From positions 7,440,001 to 7,504,000 of the forward strand of contig CATNEN010000029.1 in the NCBI GenBank assembly GCA_950097015.1: a stretch of 64,000 bases of DNA, written 5' to 3'. Origin of the DNA: Macrostomum hystrix (Eukaryota > Animalia > Platyhelminthes). Under the pieces are notes generated by a model. That model had not been told where the DNA came from, did not search any database, and saw nothing but the letters and a program-made list of their open reading frames with translations. Below, piece by piece: positions 1 through 11,600 of the stretch. The position numbers and the translations under genes are program-made. Within the stretch, counting starts at the first letter, position 1; the number at the start of each line of letters is the position of its first letter.

Positions 1-2
1 CC

Positions 3-1079
3 TTGTGCAACTTGCAGTTCTCAAGCCCTGGTGAGCTTCAGGTGCATAAGCTTGAAAGCACAGAGCACAGGAGCAACCAGAAAATGTTAATTTGCCGCGA
101 AGAGTGCCAGAGAGTATATGGCGTGGTCACTGACCACCGCCTGATGCAGTTCCTACTGCACTTCTGCCATTCATGCTGCATGGCATTCGAGAATGAAGTT
201 CAACTTGCTAGGCACACTGCATCTTCCGTTCATCTGGCCGCTACAGGTGTTCCCCAGGCTAGTTTTGCCTCCACTGTTTCTGCCGCTGCTGCTGCATCAT
301 TCGACTCACTTTCGGCGCAGCGCGCTGATCACTTTCAACTTGGCGGTCTGTCTCACGAAAATAAAGATCGTATGCTTCTTTCAACAGAAAGTATCGCTAC
401 ATCCTCTGGCATTTCCGGGTATAACAATTCTTTGTTTGGATCGCGACCAATCGGCGCCGCCTTCAAGGCAAGCGAGCCAAACGCAAGCACGAAGTCGCGA
501 TCACGTGGCCGTCGGCAGCACAAATCGCCGCCGCGTAAGGCTTCGCCGCCGACGCGAAAGCCTTCACCTCCGCCGCCGCGGCCACCGTCAAAGAAGGCGC
601 ACATTAAACCGAGTACTCAGCCTAAACCTTTTAAACCAAAGCCTCCTTTGCCACCGTCCAAGGCACACCAAGATTCTAAGCCTGTGGCGTCAGCAAACTC
701 TCTTCTCGGCACTGTTCGTGCGCCTTCTGGCAAAAAGCGGCCATCAGACATGCCACCACCTGCACACTCACCTCCGAAAAGGTTATTAGGCCAGAAGCCC
801 GGCCAAAAATTTATTGCCCACTGTTCCATTTGCAAGGTGAACATTAACAGCGAGGCTAGTTCCAACGAGCACTTTAACGGCAAGAGGCACGCTCTCGCTG
901 TAGCTGCTGCCGCTGGTGGTGCATCGACTTCTGCTTCGCCCGATGAGGATCTTGTCCAATGCGAGACTTGCCAGATCAATGTGCGCCGCCAAAATCTGGT
1001 TAGTCACCGGATGTCGAAAGAGCACGCACAGAAGTTGGCTAAAATTGGCGCTGAAATGATGAAGCTTGTGTCGCACTGA
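3..1079 (+). CDS. Matrin/U1-type C2H2 zinc-finger protein (ZNF385/ZNF346/ZFR-like), 5'-partial
   Basis: Four widely spaced fingers: xCNLQF..H..STEH, CHSC..H..SSVH, CSIC..HFNGKRH and CETC..H..SKEH. A Pro/Lys-rich linker lies between fingers 2 and 3. The frame is open from the window start and ends at TGA 1077-1079. Confidence 0.75.
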   Translation: MCNLQFSSPGELQVHKLESTEHRSNQKMLICREECQRVYGVVTDHRLMQFLLHFCHSCCMAFENEVQLARHTASSVHLAATGVPQASFASTVSAAAAASFDSLSAQRADHFQLGGLSHENKDRMLLSTESIATSSGISGYNNSLFGSRPIGAAFKASEPNASTKSRSRGRRQHKSPPRKASPPTRKPSPPPPRPPSKKAHIKPSTQPKPFKPKPPLPPSKAHQDSKPVASANSLLGTVRAPSGKKRPSDMPPPAHSPPKRLLGQKPGQKFIAHCSICKVNINSEASSNEHFNGKRHALAVAAAAGGASTSASPDEDLVQCETCQINVRRQNLVSHRMSKEHAQKLAKIGAEMMKLVSH

Positions 1080-3400
1080 ATTCGTTTTATTGCGATCCGT
1101 TTCTTTGACTGACTTCTGATTGTTTTAAGTTTGTCGATTCCCCAATTTGCACTAGTTGTTTATTTTATCTTATTTACGCAGTCTTGTATGGATGGTTTCC
1201 ATCGTTAAAATAAGGTATGCATGAAAAATAGCTTTCAACGATACCGTTTACTTTATTGCAAGGTAATAGTACATTTTTGCTGACTGTCTGCTAGAGGATA
1301 GAACAAGCCATGTCGTCATTCTTAGTCTACGTTGCGGTCTAAATGTCGATCTGAAGTTCAACTCCAACACAAATGGTCAGGTGCTCCAACCTTGCACAAA
1401 AGTTTTGAAAAAATGTGCGCTGTTCTTATTCTTCTCTCCAAACATGTTAAGAGAAATTACTTTTCTTGTTATGTGACATCTTATTGGCAGCATCATTGGA
1501 GGTTTTCCGTCATTATTTCCTCTCGGGTTAGACGACATTTCGGAGAGCGTTAAATTTTAGATTGTTCTGTTTGCTTCTGGTCAAAAACTCAAGCTTCAAA
1601 TTTAAAGCTTCTGCTGTTGACTTGCTGGCCAGTCCAGACTTCTCTTGCGCTTTGATTAGTTTCAATGAATTCCGAGTTTTTCACTTATGAAGTTAGTTTT
1701 CTATCCCCGATCGGTCTCAGCCGTGTCTTGATAAGCCGTGCTCGTCTTTATAAGTAAAATCTTAACAAATGTCGATTGAAAGGCATACGGCTTTTTTATT
1801 GGTAACCATGGATACTAATCTATAAACCAGAGCCTATCGTGACTTCAAAACGAAAGGCAAATATTTAAATAAGAGCTAGTTTATCCTATTTTTGCATCAA
1901 GGGTATTTGTGCAAAACAATTTATTGCTAACGGGTCTCGAAATCGAGTTGCAAAAAAAGTCCAACGCCAATACTTTCGCGCGTGTCTTGACGATTTCATA
2001 AGGGATATCTAGGGAACAGTCAGTTACCGTGCAGCAACTTCCTTGGTAATATTAAATCTGTAATGAAACGATTTTATATCTGGGTTATTCTTATAGCTCG
2101 CACGTTCGCACGGCCTATATGTATTTATAATGTGAAAAGAATAAGCATACCGTTATCTATGCTGCCTAATTTAATGATTCAAAAAATAAAAAATGTTCCA
2201 TTCGCTTCGACAAAAAAACTGTTTTCGTTTTCCTTTCTTTAAGGCATTTTTTTAAATAATGTCAAATGTCAAACTTTTAAGTATTGTTATTGTCATTGAA
2301 AAGGAAGAATTTTCACTACTCAAGGCGAGAATGCCATAGAGCTTTATGCCTTCTGACTGCGGCAAGGGGCACAATTTTCTATTTGACCATGGACAAATGT
2401 TGATAGGTGTAGTGCTTTAGTGAGCAGGCTTTGGGGTGTTCACTGTGTTGGCTAGCGTTTTGTACAGTAAATGTCTAGTGTCTATTGTCTTGAAGCAAAC
2501 TTTTAGGCTACGGATAGAGCAAGCTCTGTGGGAATTTCCATGTGTTCTCGCGTTGAGTGTGATATTCAATGCGTAAATGACAAAAATGTAATTTTAATAT
2601 ATAGGTGTATAATTTTTAATTTATATAATATCCCTGCGAGCGTTATTTCGGTATTGAACATAATTTGGACTTATAAGTTTGTTGCAATTAATCAGTAGTT
2701 GGTATGTATCGATGACTGTTACGAGCTTAGATCAAGAAAGCGAACACTTTCCAATAGTGAGAAAATGTTTTAAACAATTTGCGATCCAACAGTTGGCATC
2801 AATCGGTTTCTATTCCTATACAATGTACGGTTTTAAAAGGCCATATAAAAGTTATAAAACTTACCAAAACAAAAGTCCTCCTTTCACTCAGTTACTGCTT
2901 TCTGTCTATGGTCCTAACCCGGAGGATGAGAGAGCGTCCTAACTTTACGCGTAATCCCTATTCCATTATATTCTCTTGGAGTGCCGTAAAAAATAGTACT
3001 ATATTCTGTTTTATACTACCCAGCCCATTGAAAACTGTACAGTGACAAGTAGCGTTGTAGAGTCATTTATAACGCCTTATTCTCTGCGCCCCAAGCGGCC
3101 TAAGCTAGGCTCAAAACGCCTAAGCTATTTTTCTTTTGTTCTCTACTTTAAGTAGTAACTGGGGTGTAGTGGATTTTTTAGTTCCTTGCAACTCAACAGC
3201 GCTTTTTACGCCTCTGCAGCGACTCGAATGCTAACTAGAACGACTTTTAGACGCTGAATGTCGTTAAGTTTAAAAGAATCGTTAGAATCACAACCCACTC
3301 AACACTTTAATAAAATTTATTACTTTACTCACTATTGAAAAGTGTTACGTCTTCTAAAAACGTCTTCAAATAGGTACTTAATTAGTTAAGCATTTAATTG

Positions 3401-3670
3401 GGACTGAACGGCAGAGCGGTCTAACTGTTTCGCCTCTCGCACCAAGATCCATGAGCTCGATTCCGCGGCGAGGCCACATTTATTTGTGGCCTAGAGAAGG
3501 CTTGTTGGCTTGACGTGCAATTTACGCCCGTGAGGGACCAACCTTGAACTGTCAGTGGAATGTGCAAAATTGCCTCCTCGCTGGCTGCGGGTCAGCTGTC
3601 ACCAAATGATGTGGCAGTGCCCTAAGCCCTCCTGCTAATGATAAAATATATTATAAAGAGGAATATTATT
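3401..3670 (+). mobile_element. tRNA-derived SINE family B, internally deleted copy
   Basis: A-box-like GGCAGAGCGGTCTAA, B-box-like GAGCTCGATTCC and an (ATT)n tail. The body matches the reverse-strand copy at 15108-15428 and the fragments at 23130 and 26032. Confidence 0.7.
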
Positions 3671-3702
3671 ATTAACCTAACTCCTTATTCAGCAGCAGCA
3701 GG

Positions 3703-5742
3703 ATGCCCCGCGATATTATCACCCTGCAACTGGGCCAGTGCGGCAATCAGATTGGCATGGAATTCTGGCGCCAGCTGTGCGCTGAGCACGGCATCTCTCC
3801 GCAGGGTGTCCTGGAGGAATTCGCCACCAGCGGCTCAGATAGGAAAGATGTATTCTTCTACCAAGCCGATGATGAGCACTATGTTCCCAGGGCTGTCCTC
3901 ATCGATCTGGAGCCTCGCGTCATCAACAGCATCTTCAATTCGCAGTATTGCAATCTGTACAATCGCGAGAATGTATTCAAAGCTGAACACGGCGGCGGTG
4001 CCGGCAACAATTGGGCCAGCGGCTACTGTCAGGGCGAGAAATTTCAAGAGAGCGTCTTCGACATCATTGAACGCGAAGCCGAAGGTAGCGACAGTCTAGA
4101 AGGCTTCGTTATGTGTCACAGCATCGCCGGTGGCACAGGCTCCGGCATGGGATCCTACATTCTGGAACGGCTCAACGATCGCTTCCCTAAGAAGCTGGTG
4201 CAGACCTATTCTGTATTTCCTAACACTAGCGAGAACAGCAGCGACGTTGTGGTGCAGCCCTACAACAGTGTGCTGACCCTCAGGCGGCTAACACAGAATG
4301 CTGATTGTGTTGTTGTGCTGGATAACACCGCACTGCATCGCATCGCTACGGATAGGCTGCATCTGATGCAGCCCAGCTTCACGCAGATCAACCAGCTCGT
4401 GTCCAAGGTGCAGCTGGGGATTGGAATTGCTCATTGGAGCAAGATTATTTCAGTGCCTTTGTATAAAACCAGACTCTCTGAACATTCACCAAATCTCTGT
4501 AATTATTCACCCACTCGTTCTATTCATTCACCCACTTTTCCCGATGGGTAATGCTCGAATTTTCTTCGAGCATTCAACCATTCCCTCTGATAATGCAACC
4601 ATTCGATCTGATCATTCACCCATTCTCTCTGATAATTCACCCATTCTCTCTTATCATTCACCCATTCTCTCTTATTATTCATCCATTCTCTCAGATCATT
4701 CATCCATTCTCTCAGATCATTCATCCATTCTCTCAGATCATTCACCCATTCTCTCTTATCATTCACCCATTCTCTCTTATTATTCACCCATTCTCTCTTA
4801 TCATTCACCCATTCTCTCTTATTATTCATCCATTCTCTCAGATCATTCACCCATTCTCTCTGATAATTCACCTATTCTCTCTTATCATTCACCCATTCTC
4901 TCTTATCATTCACCCATTCTCTCTTATTATTCACCCATTCTCTCTTATTATTCATCCATTTTCTCAGATAATTCACCCATTCTCTTCGATCATTCACCCA
5001 TTCTCTGGAATAATTTACTCATTTTCTTTAGATCATTCACCCATTTCAACGCTTTGTTCACCCATGCTTCCCTCCGCAGGTGATGTCCGTGTCCACTGCC
5101 ACCCTGCGCTACCCGTCCTATATGAACAATGACCTGGTCGGACTGATCGCTCCGCTGACGCCCACGCCTCGCCTTCACTTCCTCATGACCGGGTACACCC
5201 CGCTGACCACGGAGTCGGCCGATCAGACCAACATTCGCCGTACCACAGTATTCGACGTGATGCGCCGTCTTCTGCAGCCCAAGAACATGATGGTGTCATC
5301 TTCGCCTGTTCGAGATATTCCGCACTGCTACGTGAGCATTCTCAACATCATCCAGGGTGAGCTGGATCCAACTGAGGTGCACAAGAGTTTGCAAAGGATT
5401 CGCGAGCGCCGCCTAGCCAGCTTCATTCCCTGGGGTCCGGCTAGCATCCAGGTGGCCCTGTCGCGTCGGTCGCCCTACGTTCAGAGCACTCACCGAGTAT
5501 CCGGCCTGATGCTGGCCAATCACACGTCGATTTCGCAGCTGTTCCAGCGCACCCTAGAGCAGTACGACCGGTTAAAGAAGAAGGGCGCCTTCCTGGACCA
5601 GTTCCGCAGGGAGGCCATCTTCGAGGAAGATCCGGAGATGCGCGAATTCTCCGACAGTCGCGACGTGCTTCAGAGCCTCGTTGAAGAGCACCAGGCGGCA
5701 ACCACAGAGGAGTATATACACTGGGGCGCCAGGCAGGCCTGA
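3703..5742 (+). CDS. TUBG1: Gamma-tubulin, 2 exons (3703-4407, 5080-5742), 455 aa
   Basis: [18 protein letters not shown] start, GGGTGSG tubulin signature and [13 protein letters not shown] phase-0 GT-AG intron (4408-5079) restores the continuous sequence QINQLVSK|[12 protein letters not shown]. Confidence 0.97.
4590..5045. repeat. Intronic minisatellite, 21-bp unit TTCACCCATTCTCTCTTATCA
   Basis: The 21-bp period is directly visible (4741, 4762, ...). The array fills most of the gamma-tubulin intron. Confidence 0.95.
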
Positions 5743-5879
5743 GATTTTTGCGCTATCGCTTGTAAGCATCTTCGGACACTAATTCCATTCGTGTAAATGC
5801 AAATGTATTTTTCTAATCTCAATTCTTCCACATTCTTCTGCATTCATTTAATCATCCATTCTCTTCATACTCATGCCCC

Positions 5880-6300
5880 TCTATCATTTCACCCATGCCC
5901 TTAATCCGTTCACCCATGCCCTTAATCCGTTCTCCCATTCCATTAATCCGTTCACCCATGCCCTTAATCCGTTCACCCATTCCATTAATCCGTTCATCCA
6001 TTACCTTAATCCGTTCGCCCATGCCCTTAATTCTTTCACCCATTCCCTCGATCTTTTCACCCATTCCCTAAATTCCTTCACCCATTCCCTAAATCCCTTC
6101 ACCCATTCCCTTAATCCGTTCGCCCATGCCCTTAATTCTTTCACCCATTCCCTAAATCCCTTCACCCAATCCCTTAATCCCTTCACCCAATCCCTTAATC
6201 CCTTCACCCATTCCCTTAATCCGTTTACAGTTTCTCAATTTATTCACCCGTTCCCTCCATATTCCATTCAAGCATTTTCTCAATATCTATTCACCCATTC
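5880..6300. repeat. Minisatellite, 21-bp unit TTCACCCATGCCCTTAATCCG
   Basis: 21-bp period. It shares the TTCACCCAT core with the tubulin intron array. Confidence 0.9.
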
Positions 6301-7059
6301 CTTCATAAAATGTCAGTTGTGCAGTTGTGACGTTGCTCTGTATGACCCCAAGCTTTTACAAGTACGAGCTATTTTGTTACTAATTTAACTTCATAGACAC
6401 CTTGTTAATTGCAGGTTAGAATCCAATCAAAGCTTTGATTTGTTATGAGTAAATGAATTATTCAACCTGTCCAACTTGTGTCAAATGGACTTGTAACAAA
6501 AAAACAAACTGTGTTTTTCCTTCTGTCTTCTCCGCCGGCTCGGATCCCCAAAAATCCCAGTCTAATCCTATATCCCTAATCTCTTTTTAGACACCTACCT
6601 ATTCAGCTTACCAGTCTTACTAATTGTATTCCCGTTTAACTATTTCCGTAGTTTGGTCTAGTTTCATTTATTATTCAATGAGTATCGATTAAAGATTAGC
6701 CTGCTCTTAGCCCATGCGGGAGGCCTGACAACGGAACGTGTTAGTTGTGTTTTTTGTCTAACTTGTATTTATTTTACTAACTATGCCTACCTATGCTCTC
6801 CGGAATTCACTTTATATAGCGTGACAAAAATTGTTTGAACATAAAATATACATGTACATTGTTTATGTGTCTTTACAATGTAAATTGTGCTTCGTTCGAC
6901 TGGGTTTTAAAGTACTCGCGACAGTTTTGTCTGCTGGCCAGTTAACTTTTATTGTTGCTAAACATATTTTTGCCTTGACCTATTTTTTATCTTCTTGATA
7001 TTTGACATGCTTATGAAAGAAGACGCGTACAGCTGGTCGATTATCCCCATTTATCGACC

Positions 7060-7470
7060 TCTCACTCGTTATCCCAATCCTCTCACTCGTTATCCCAATC
7101 CTCTCACTCGTTATCCCAATCCTCTCACTCGTTATCCCAATCCTCTCACTCGTTATCCCAATCCTCTCACTCGTTATCCCAATCCTCTCACTCGTTATCC
7201 CAATCCTCTCACTCGTTATCCCATCCTATCAGCCACTGTTCTAATCCTCTCACTTGATATCCCATTCTATCAGCTACTATTCTAATCCTCTCCCTTGTTA
7301 TCCCATCTTATCAGCCACTGTTCTAATCCTCTCACTTGTTGTCCCATCCCATCAGCCACTGTTCTAATCCTCTCACTGGTTATCCCATCCCATCAGCCAC
7401 TGTTCTAATCCTCTCACTGGTTATCCCAATCTTATCAGTCATTATTCTAATCCTCTCACCCGTTATCCCA
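7060..7470. repeat. Minisatellite, 21-bp unit CCTCTCACTCGTTATCCCAAT, degenerating 3' into longer variants
   Basis: Period 21 (7081, 7102, ...). Confidence 0.9.
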
Positions 7471-8084
7471 ATTCTCCCACTGACTGTCTGAAACCTCCCA
7501 CTCATCCCAAATCTCTTACTCAATATCGAATACTTCCTGTCACTTATTCTCGAAAGTACTCCTTCACTTGCGCCATTCCTCCAACTCATTCTCCACGAAA
7601 GGGCATAAAAAGTACACGTGGTCTATACTTGATGTTACCAATTCCTGCTCAGTGGATCTAAATCCCCGAGGAATTTAGTCAGTTTACTGGAATATCCCAT
7701 GGGTTCCCGTGTCTGTTGAAGCTTAGCTTGAACTGCAACGATAATTTAATGAAAGTTCATTTTCCAAGACTGGCATGTCGTCGGCTTAGCAGCGTGCTTA
7801 AAAATTCCATCGTATTCGTATTCCAAGTTTATTACATGTCGTAAAGTGAGCGTGATTTCTCAAGGTGTACAGGATGACACATCGGAGATTGGCTATTGAA
7901 TTTCTCAAGCAGGCATGGGTAGATCAGGTGTGGCTTTAATTAACAGTAGGACTACCAAGCCATTTTTAGAATTTCTCTTCCCCAGAAATTTTTTGGCAGC
8001 GCCTGAATGCTAACAGCGTTGGTTGGTGACTGATTGGTTGACAGACTAGGCGATGGTGTCCTGTGGTTGAGCTGCGCCTAATAT

Positions 8085-8471
8085 TTAGTCTTGATCAGTG
8101 AAATCAGAGAATTTCACATCACGGTGTCCATAGTGGCCTAGTTCCACCTGTTGTAGCCCTTGAAGGTCCAGCAAACCGTCTAGATAAAGGTAGGTGACCT
8201 CCGAAGACAGAGATGATGCACATTCGGGTGACATGCTGATCAATTTTGAAGGCCTGGCAAGGCCGCACTGAGGCGCAGTGCTAATTCGTGTATAGTGGTG
8301 TATGAAATACACTAGCCTTATGGGGAAAACCGACATTCGGCCAGAACCACTGAATATCTCGACGGTCTGAAAAGCTAGTGACTTGATTTTTGCTTCCGAA
8401 AGTTGGCCAATGTCAATTTTTGACAAAACCTTGACATTGGCCTTTGTAGTTTTACTGTTGATCTCCGCCAT
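8085..8471 (-). CDS. Hypothetical 128-aa protein divergent from the M13 gene
   Basis: Non-repetitive ORF with good start context (ATCATGG; MAEINS...). AATAAA lies about 250 nt downstream on the minus strand. No domain recognised. Confidence 0.3.
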   Translation of the reverse strand: MAEINSKTTKANVKVLSKIDIGQLSEAKIKSLAFQTVEIFSGSGRMSVFPIRLVYFIHHYTRISTAPQCGLARPSKLISMSPECASSLSSEVTYLYLDGLLDLQGLQQVELGHYGHRDVKFSDFTDQD

Positions 8472-8524
8472 GATGAGAAGTGATTGATTGCTGCCTCTCT
8501 GAAGGCTGCTTCCTCGCTAGCACA

Positions 8525-8565
8525 ATACTCGATTGGGATTGGTTGATCGGGCGCTCAACCAATAG
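8525..8565. promoter_or_regulatory. CCAAT-box cluster, candidate bidirectional promoter
   Basis: ATTGG at about 8532 and 8538 and CCAAT at about 8559 lie between the divergent ATGs at 8471 (-) and 8684 (+). Confidence 0.35.
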
Positions 8566-8683
8566 GAAACCACCTCGGCCTTTTTGAATGAGGGTGAAAT
8601 CTAGCGTTTAAATGGAGCTACCTAAAATGGAGGTTGTGAGATGGACCTCACAGTTGCACTCTAAAATATTCAAAGTCCAAGTC

Positions 8684-11600
8684 ATGTCAGCTCGTCGAGG
8701 TTGGAACGGATTGCCAGCTGGTCATTCGGCCGCGTCCACGGCTGCCAGCAGCTGCGGCAGCGGTGGCAGCGGTGGCAGCGGCTGCAGCTACCCCAGCTTC
8801 TCCGGGCCAGCTTACTCGCAGGTCACTAGGCATCATCGGCAATTCCAACAGTCGCCGGCAGTGTCGGGCTCCACAGAATCCCAGAAGCTGCAGCAGCCGC
8901 TGGTGCAGTTGGAGGAGGCGGAGCCGTTGTCGACTGTGGCGTGTGCGAATTCCAGCAAGTCACGACGAAGGCAACAGCGAACAAGTCCGGCTAAATTGGC
9001 TCTGCAGCGACTGTTGAAGCCCGCAACAAACGCCGACCAAGCCGACGAAGAGGACAACGAAGGCGTTGAAGGCGACGCTGACGAGGGCGGAGGCGGTAGC
9101 TGCTGTTGCGTCGCCGGCGACGCCAGGCATCGTCGACAGCGTCGTCGGGAGCGCCTGCTCTGCAGCTGCGTGTGCGCCCTGCTGCTGTGCCTGGCGGCGG
9201 TCTGCGGCGGCCTCTTGCTGGTCCTGGCCGCGGCTAAAAGCCGAAGGGCTTCCGGAGATTCAGCCGCAACCTCGCCGATTGCCCAGTCACCGTCGGGTGG
9301 CGCGGCGTTGAATCCTCATCAGGCGACGGTGGCATCGTCCGCCCGATACTGCCTGTCACTCGCGTGCCTGCGGACGGCCGCCGACATGAAGGAGACGCTG
9401 AACCAGACGCTGCCTCCGTGCGCCGACTTCTACGGATTCGCCTGCGCAGGGCGCCAGCCGACTGGCCGATCGGGCGTCGACAACGACGTCGAGATCTGGC
9501 CGACGGCGCCTGTTGACCAACTCAGACGCGGCACTGAGCGGCGCCTTCGACACTTGCTGGCTGCGGCTGCAGCCGGCGGACCAACTGGCGGTGACTTCTG
9601 GCGGGCGAAGCTGGGCAACTTCTATCGGGCCTGCGTTTCCGTCGAGGATCCGGTGCGGCTGCAGGAGGCCAATGGCGGCGATTGTCGCGGCGGCGACGCC
9701 AGCTGGAGAGTCCTGCGCGACCGGTTGCAGGGCTGCATCTCCGGGCGGCGGCTGTGTGCGTTGCTGATTCGCTTCTGCTTGAGGCACTCAGAAGCCCCAT
9801 GACCTCCTCAAACCCCATGACCTCCTCAGACCCCATGACCTCCTCAGACCCCATGACCTCCTCAAACCCCATGACCTCCTTAGACCCCATGACCTCCTCA
9901 AACCCCATGACCTCCTCAGACCCCATGACCTCCTCAGACCCCATGACCTCCTCAAACCCCATGACCTCCTTAGACCCCATGACCTCCTCAAACCCCATGA
10001 CCTCCTCAAACCCCATGACCTCCTTAGACCCCATGACCTCCTCAGACCCCATGACCTCCTCAGGCCCCATGACCTCTTTAAACCTCATGACCTCCTCAGA
10101 CCAACAATGACCCATTGACCTCCTCAGATCAGACAATAACAATGATATCGCAGCTGAACGAACCTATACGAGCAACGAAATGAAGAGTGGGCGGAGCTAT
10201 CATACCGGGCGGTCAAAATGGTTTTCCTGGATAATTGGCAGGTTAAACAGATGCCACTGCTGCCAGGGGGTCTACCCAATCTCCTGGGATATTGTTGATC
10301 ATTTTGGTGCTCTCCGCAGCAACTGCCTGGCAGGCCTTCTGCTTGGCCTTCTAAACTTAACAATCAGTCAATGTCAGCTTCTAGCCCTGCCTCCCAGTGT
10401 CAACAGTCAATCATCGTAGTTCGTCACTCGTCTATGATCGGGGGACATTTCCCCCTTGCCCAATAAATTTATTAGCTAGGACCAGACATTAATCCTGAGC
10501 GGCTTGAAGCACAAGAAACTGAAAACATTATTTTCCAGAATCATTAAGTTACTTAAGTACTCGTACTTTAACAGTAGAAAGAACACGTGGCATTTCGAAT
10601 ACCCACTGCCTACTTCACAATAGGTCCCAAACCGAATGACCGGTTTTCATGAAAGTCCATAATATGGAACAAAAAATGTTCGATCCTTTACGAAGAACTA
10701 AGATGATAATTCTTGCCACCAGACACTCGATGTTTTTGTGATTCTGGAAGTTATTTCATATGATAAAGCGGAAAGCTTTAGCTCAGTATTCTGGATTTTC
10801 ATGTCGATTGGTTGAATATATTGAAGCGGATTCAAAATAGTACTTTAGGTCTTCGCTGAAGTAAAAAAATCTGCCTCCACCTTAATTACTCCCACCTGCA
10901 CTGCCTGCATCCGATATTGCACCGCAGCTGACCGATTGCTATGCTTGCACACCGAGCTCGGAGTTGACGCCTTCTTCAGCCTGTTCGCCGACAGTTCGCC
11001 AATATCGCCAGCAAAGAGGATTTTATTTGTGAGTGCCTCTCAGAGTGATTCCTCGAAATGTGAAATTTGTTCCCATTGAGGAATTTTTCTAATTAGAGCA
11101 TTTCTCCCATTTTTACATATCTCACCAGTATTTTCCCCCAAATTTCCCCCAAAAGCTTCAAATTCCTTCCTCATTGTCCGCAGCTGGATGAGTACCGGCA
11201 CCCGGACATGCACAGCCTGGAGCAGCTGCGGAACCCGGCCATCCAGTCCGACTACCTCCGTTTAGCCGCCACTCTGGTGAACGATCTCGGCTTCCTTGGC
11301 AACGATGTCGGGGATAGCTACGCCAGGAGTTCGCTGACTGTGCTGACCGCGCTGGCCGAAATCGCACTGTCCGAGACTAGCCGGCCGTACAAGCCACGGC
11401 CGCGGCTGCGGGCCGTCCAAATGACGCTCGGCGAGTTCAGAAGGAGCCGTCAGCTGCAGGAGTTCGTTGTGAGGCTCTTTCATTGGATCTTACATGGTGG
11501 GATCTCACATCATGGGATCTTACATCATGGGATCTTACATCATGGGATCTCACATCATGGGATCTCACACTATGGGTTCTTATATCATGGGATCTTACAT

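Noticed and set aside
193-979. Alternative-frame and antisense ORFs over the zinc-finger, M13 exon 1, ANK, FoxD and SRF exons
   Set aside because: They are shadow ORFs of GC-rich, codon-biased real exons with no independent motifs.
4421-5178. Long ORFs across the tubulin intron ([21 protein letters not shown] repeats)
   Set aside because: They are translations of the 21-bp array inside a GT-AG intron whose removal restores canonical tubulin.
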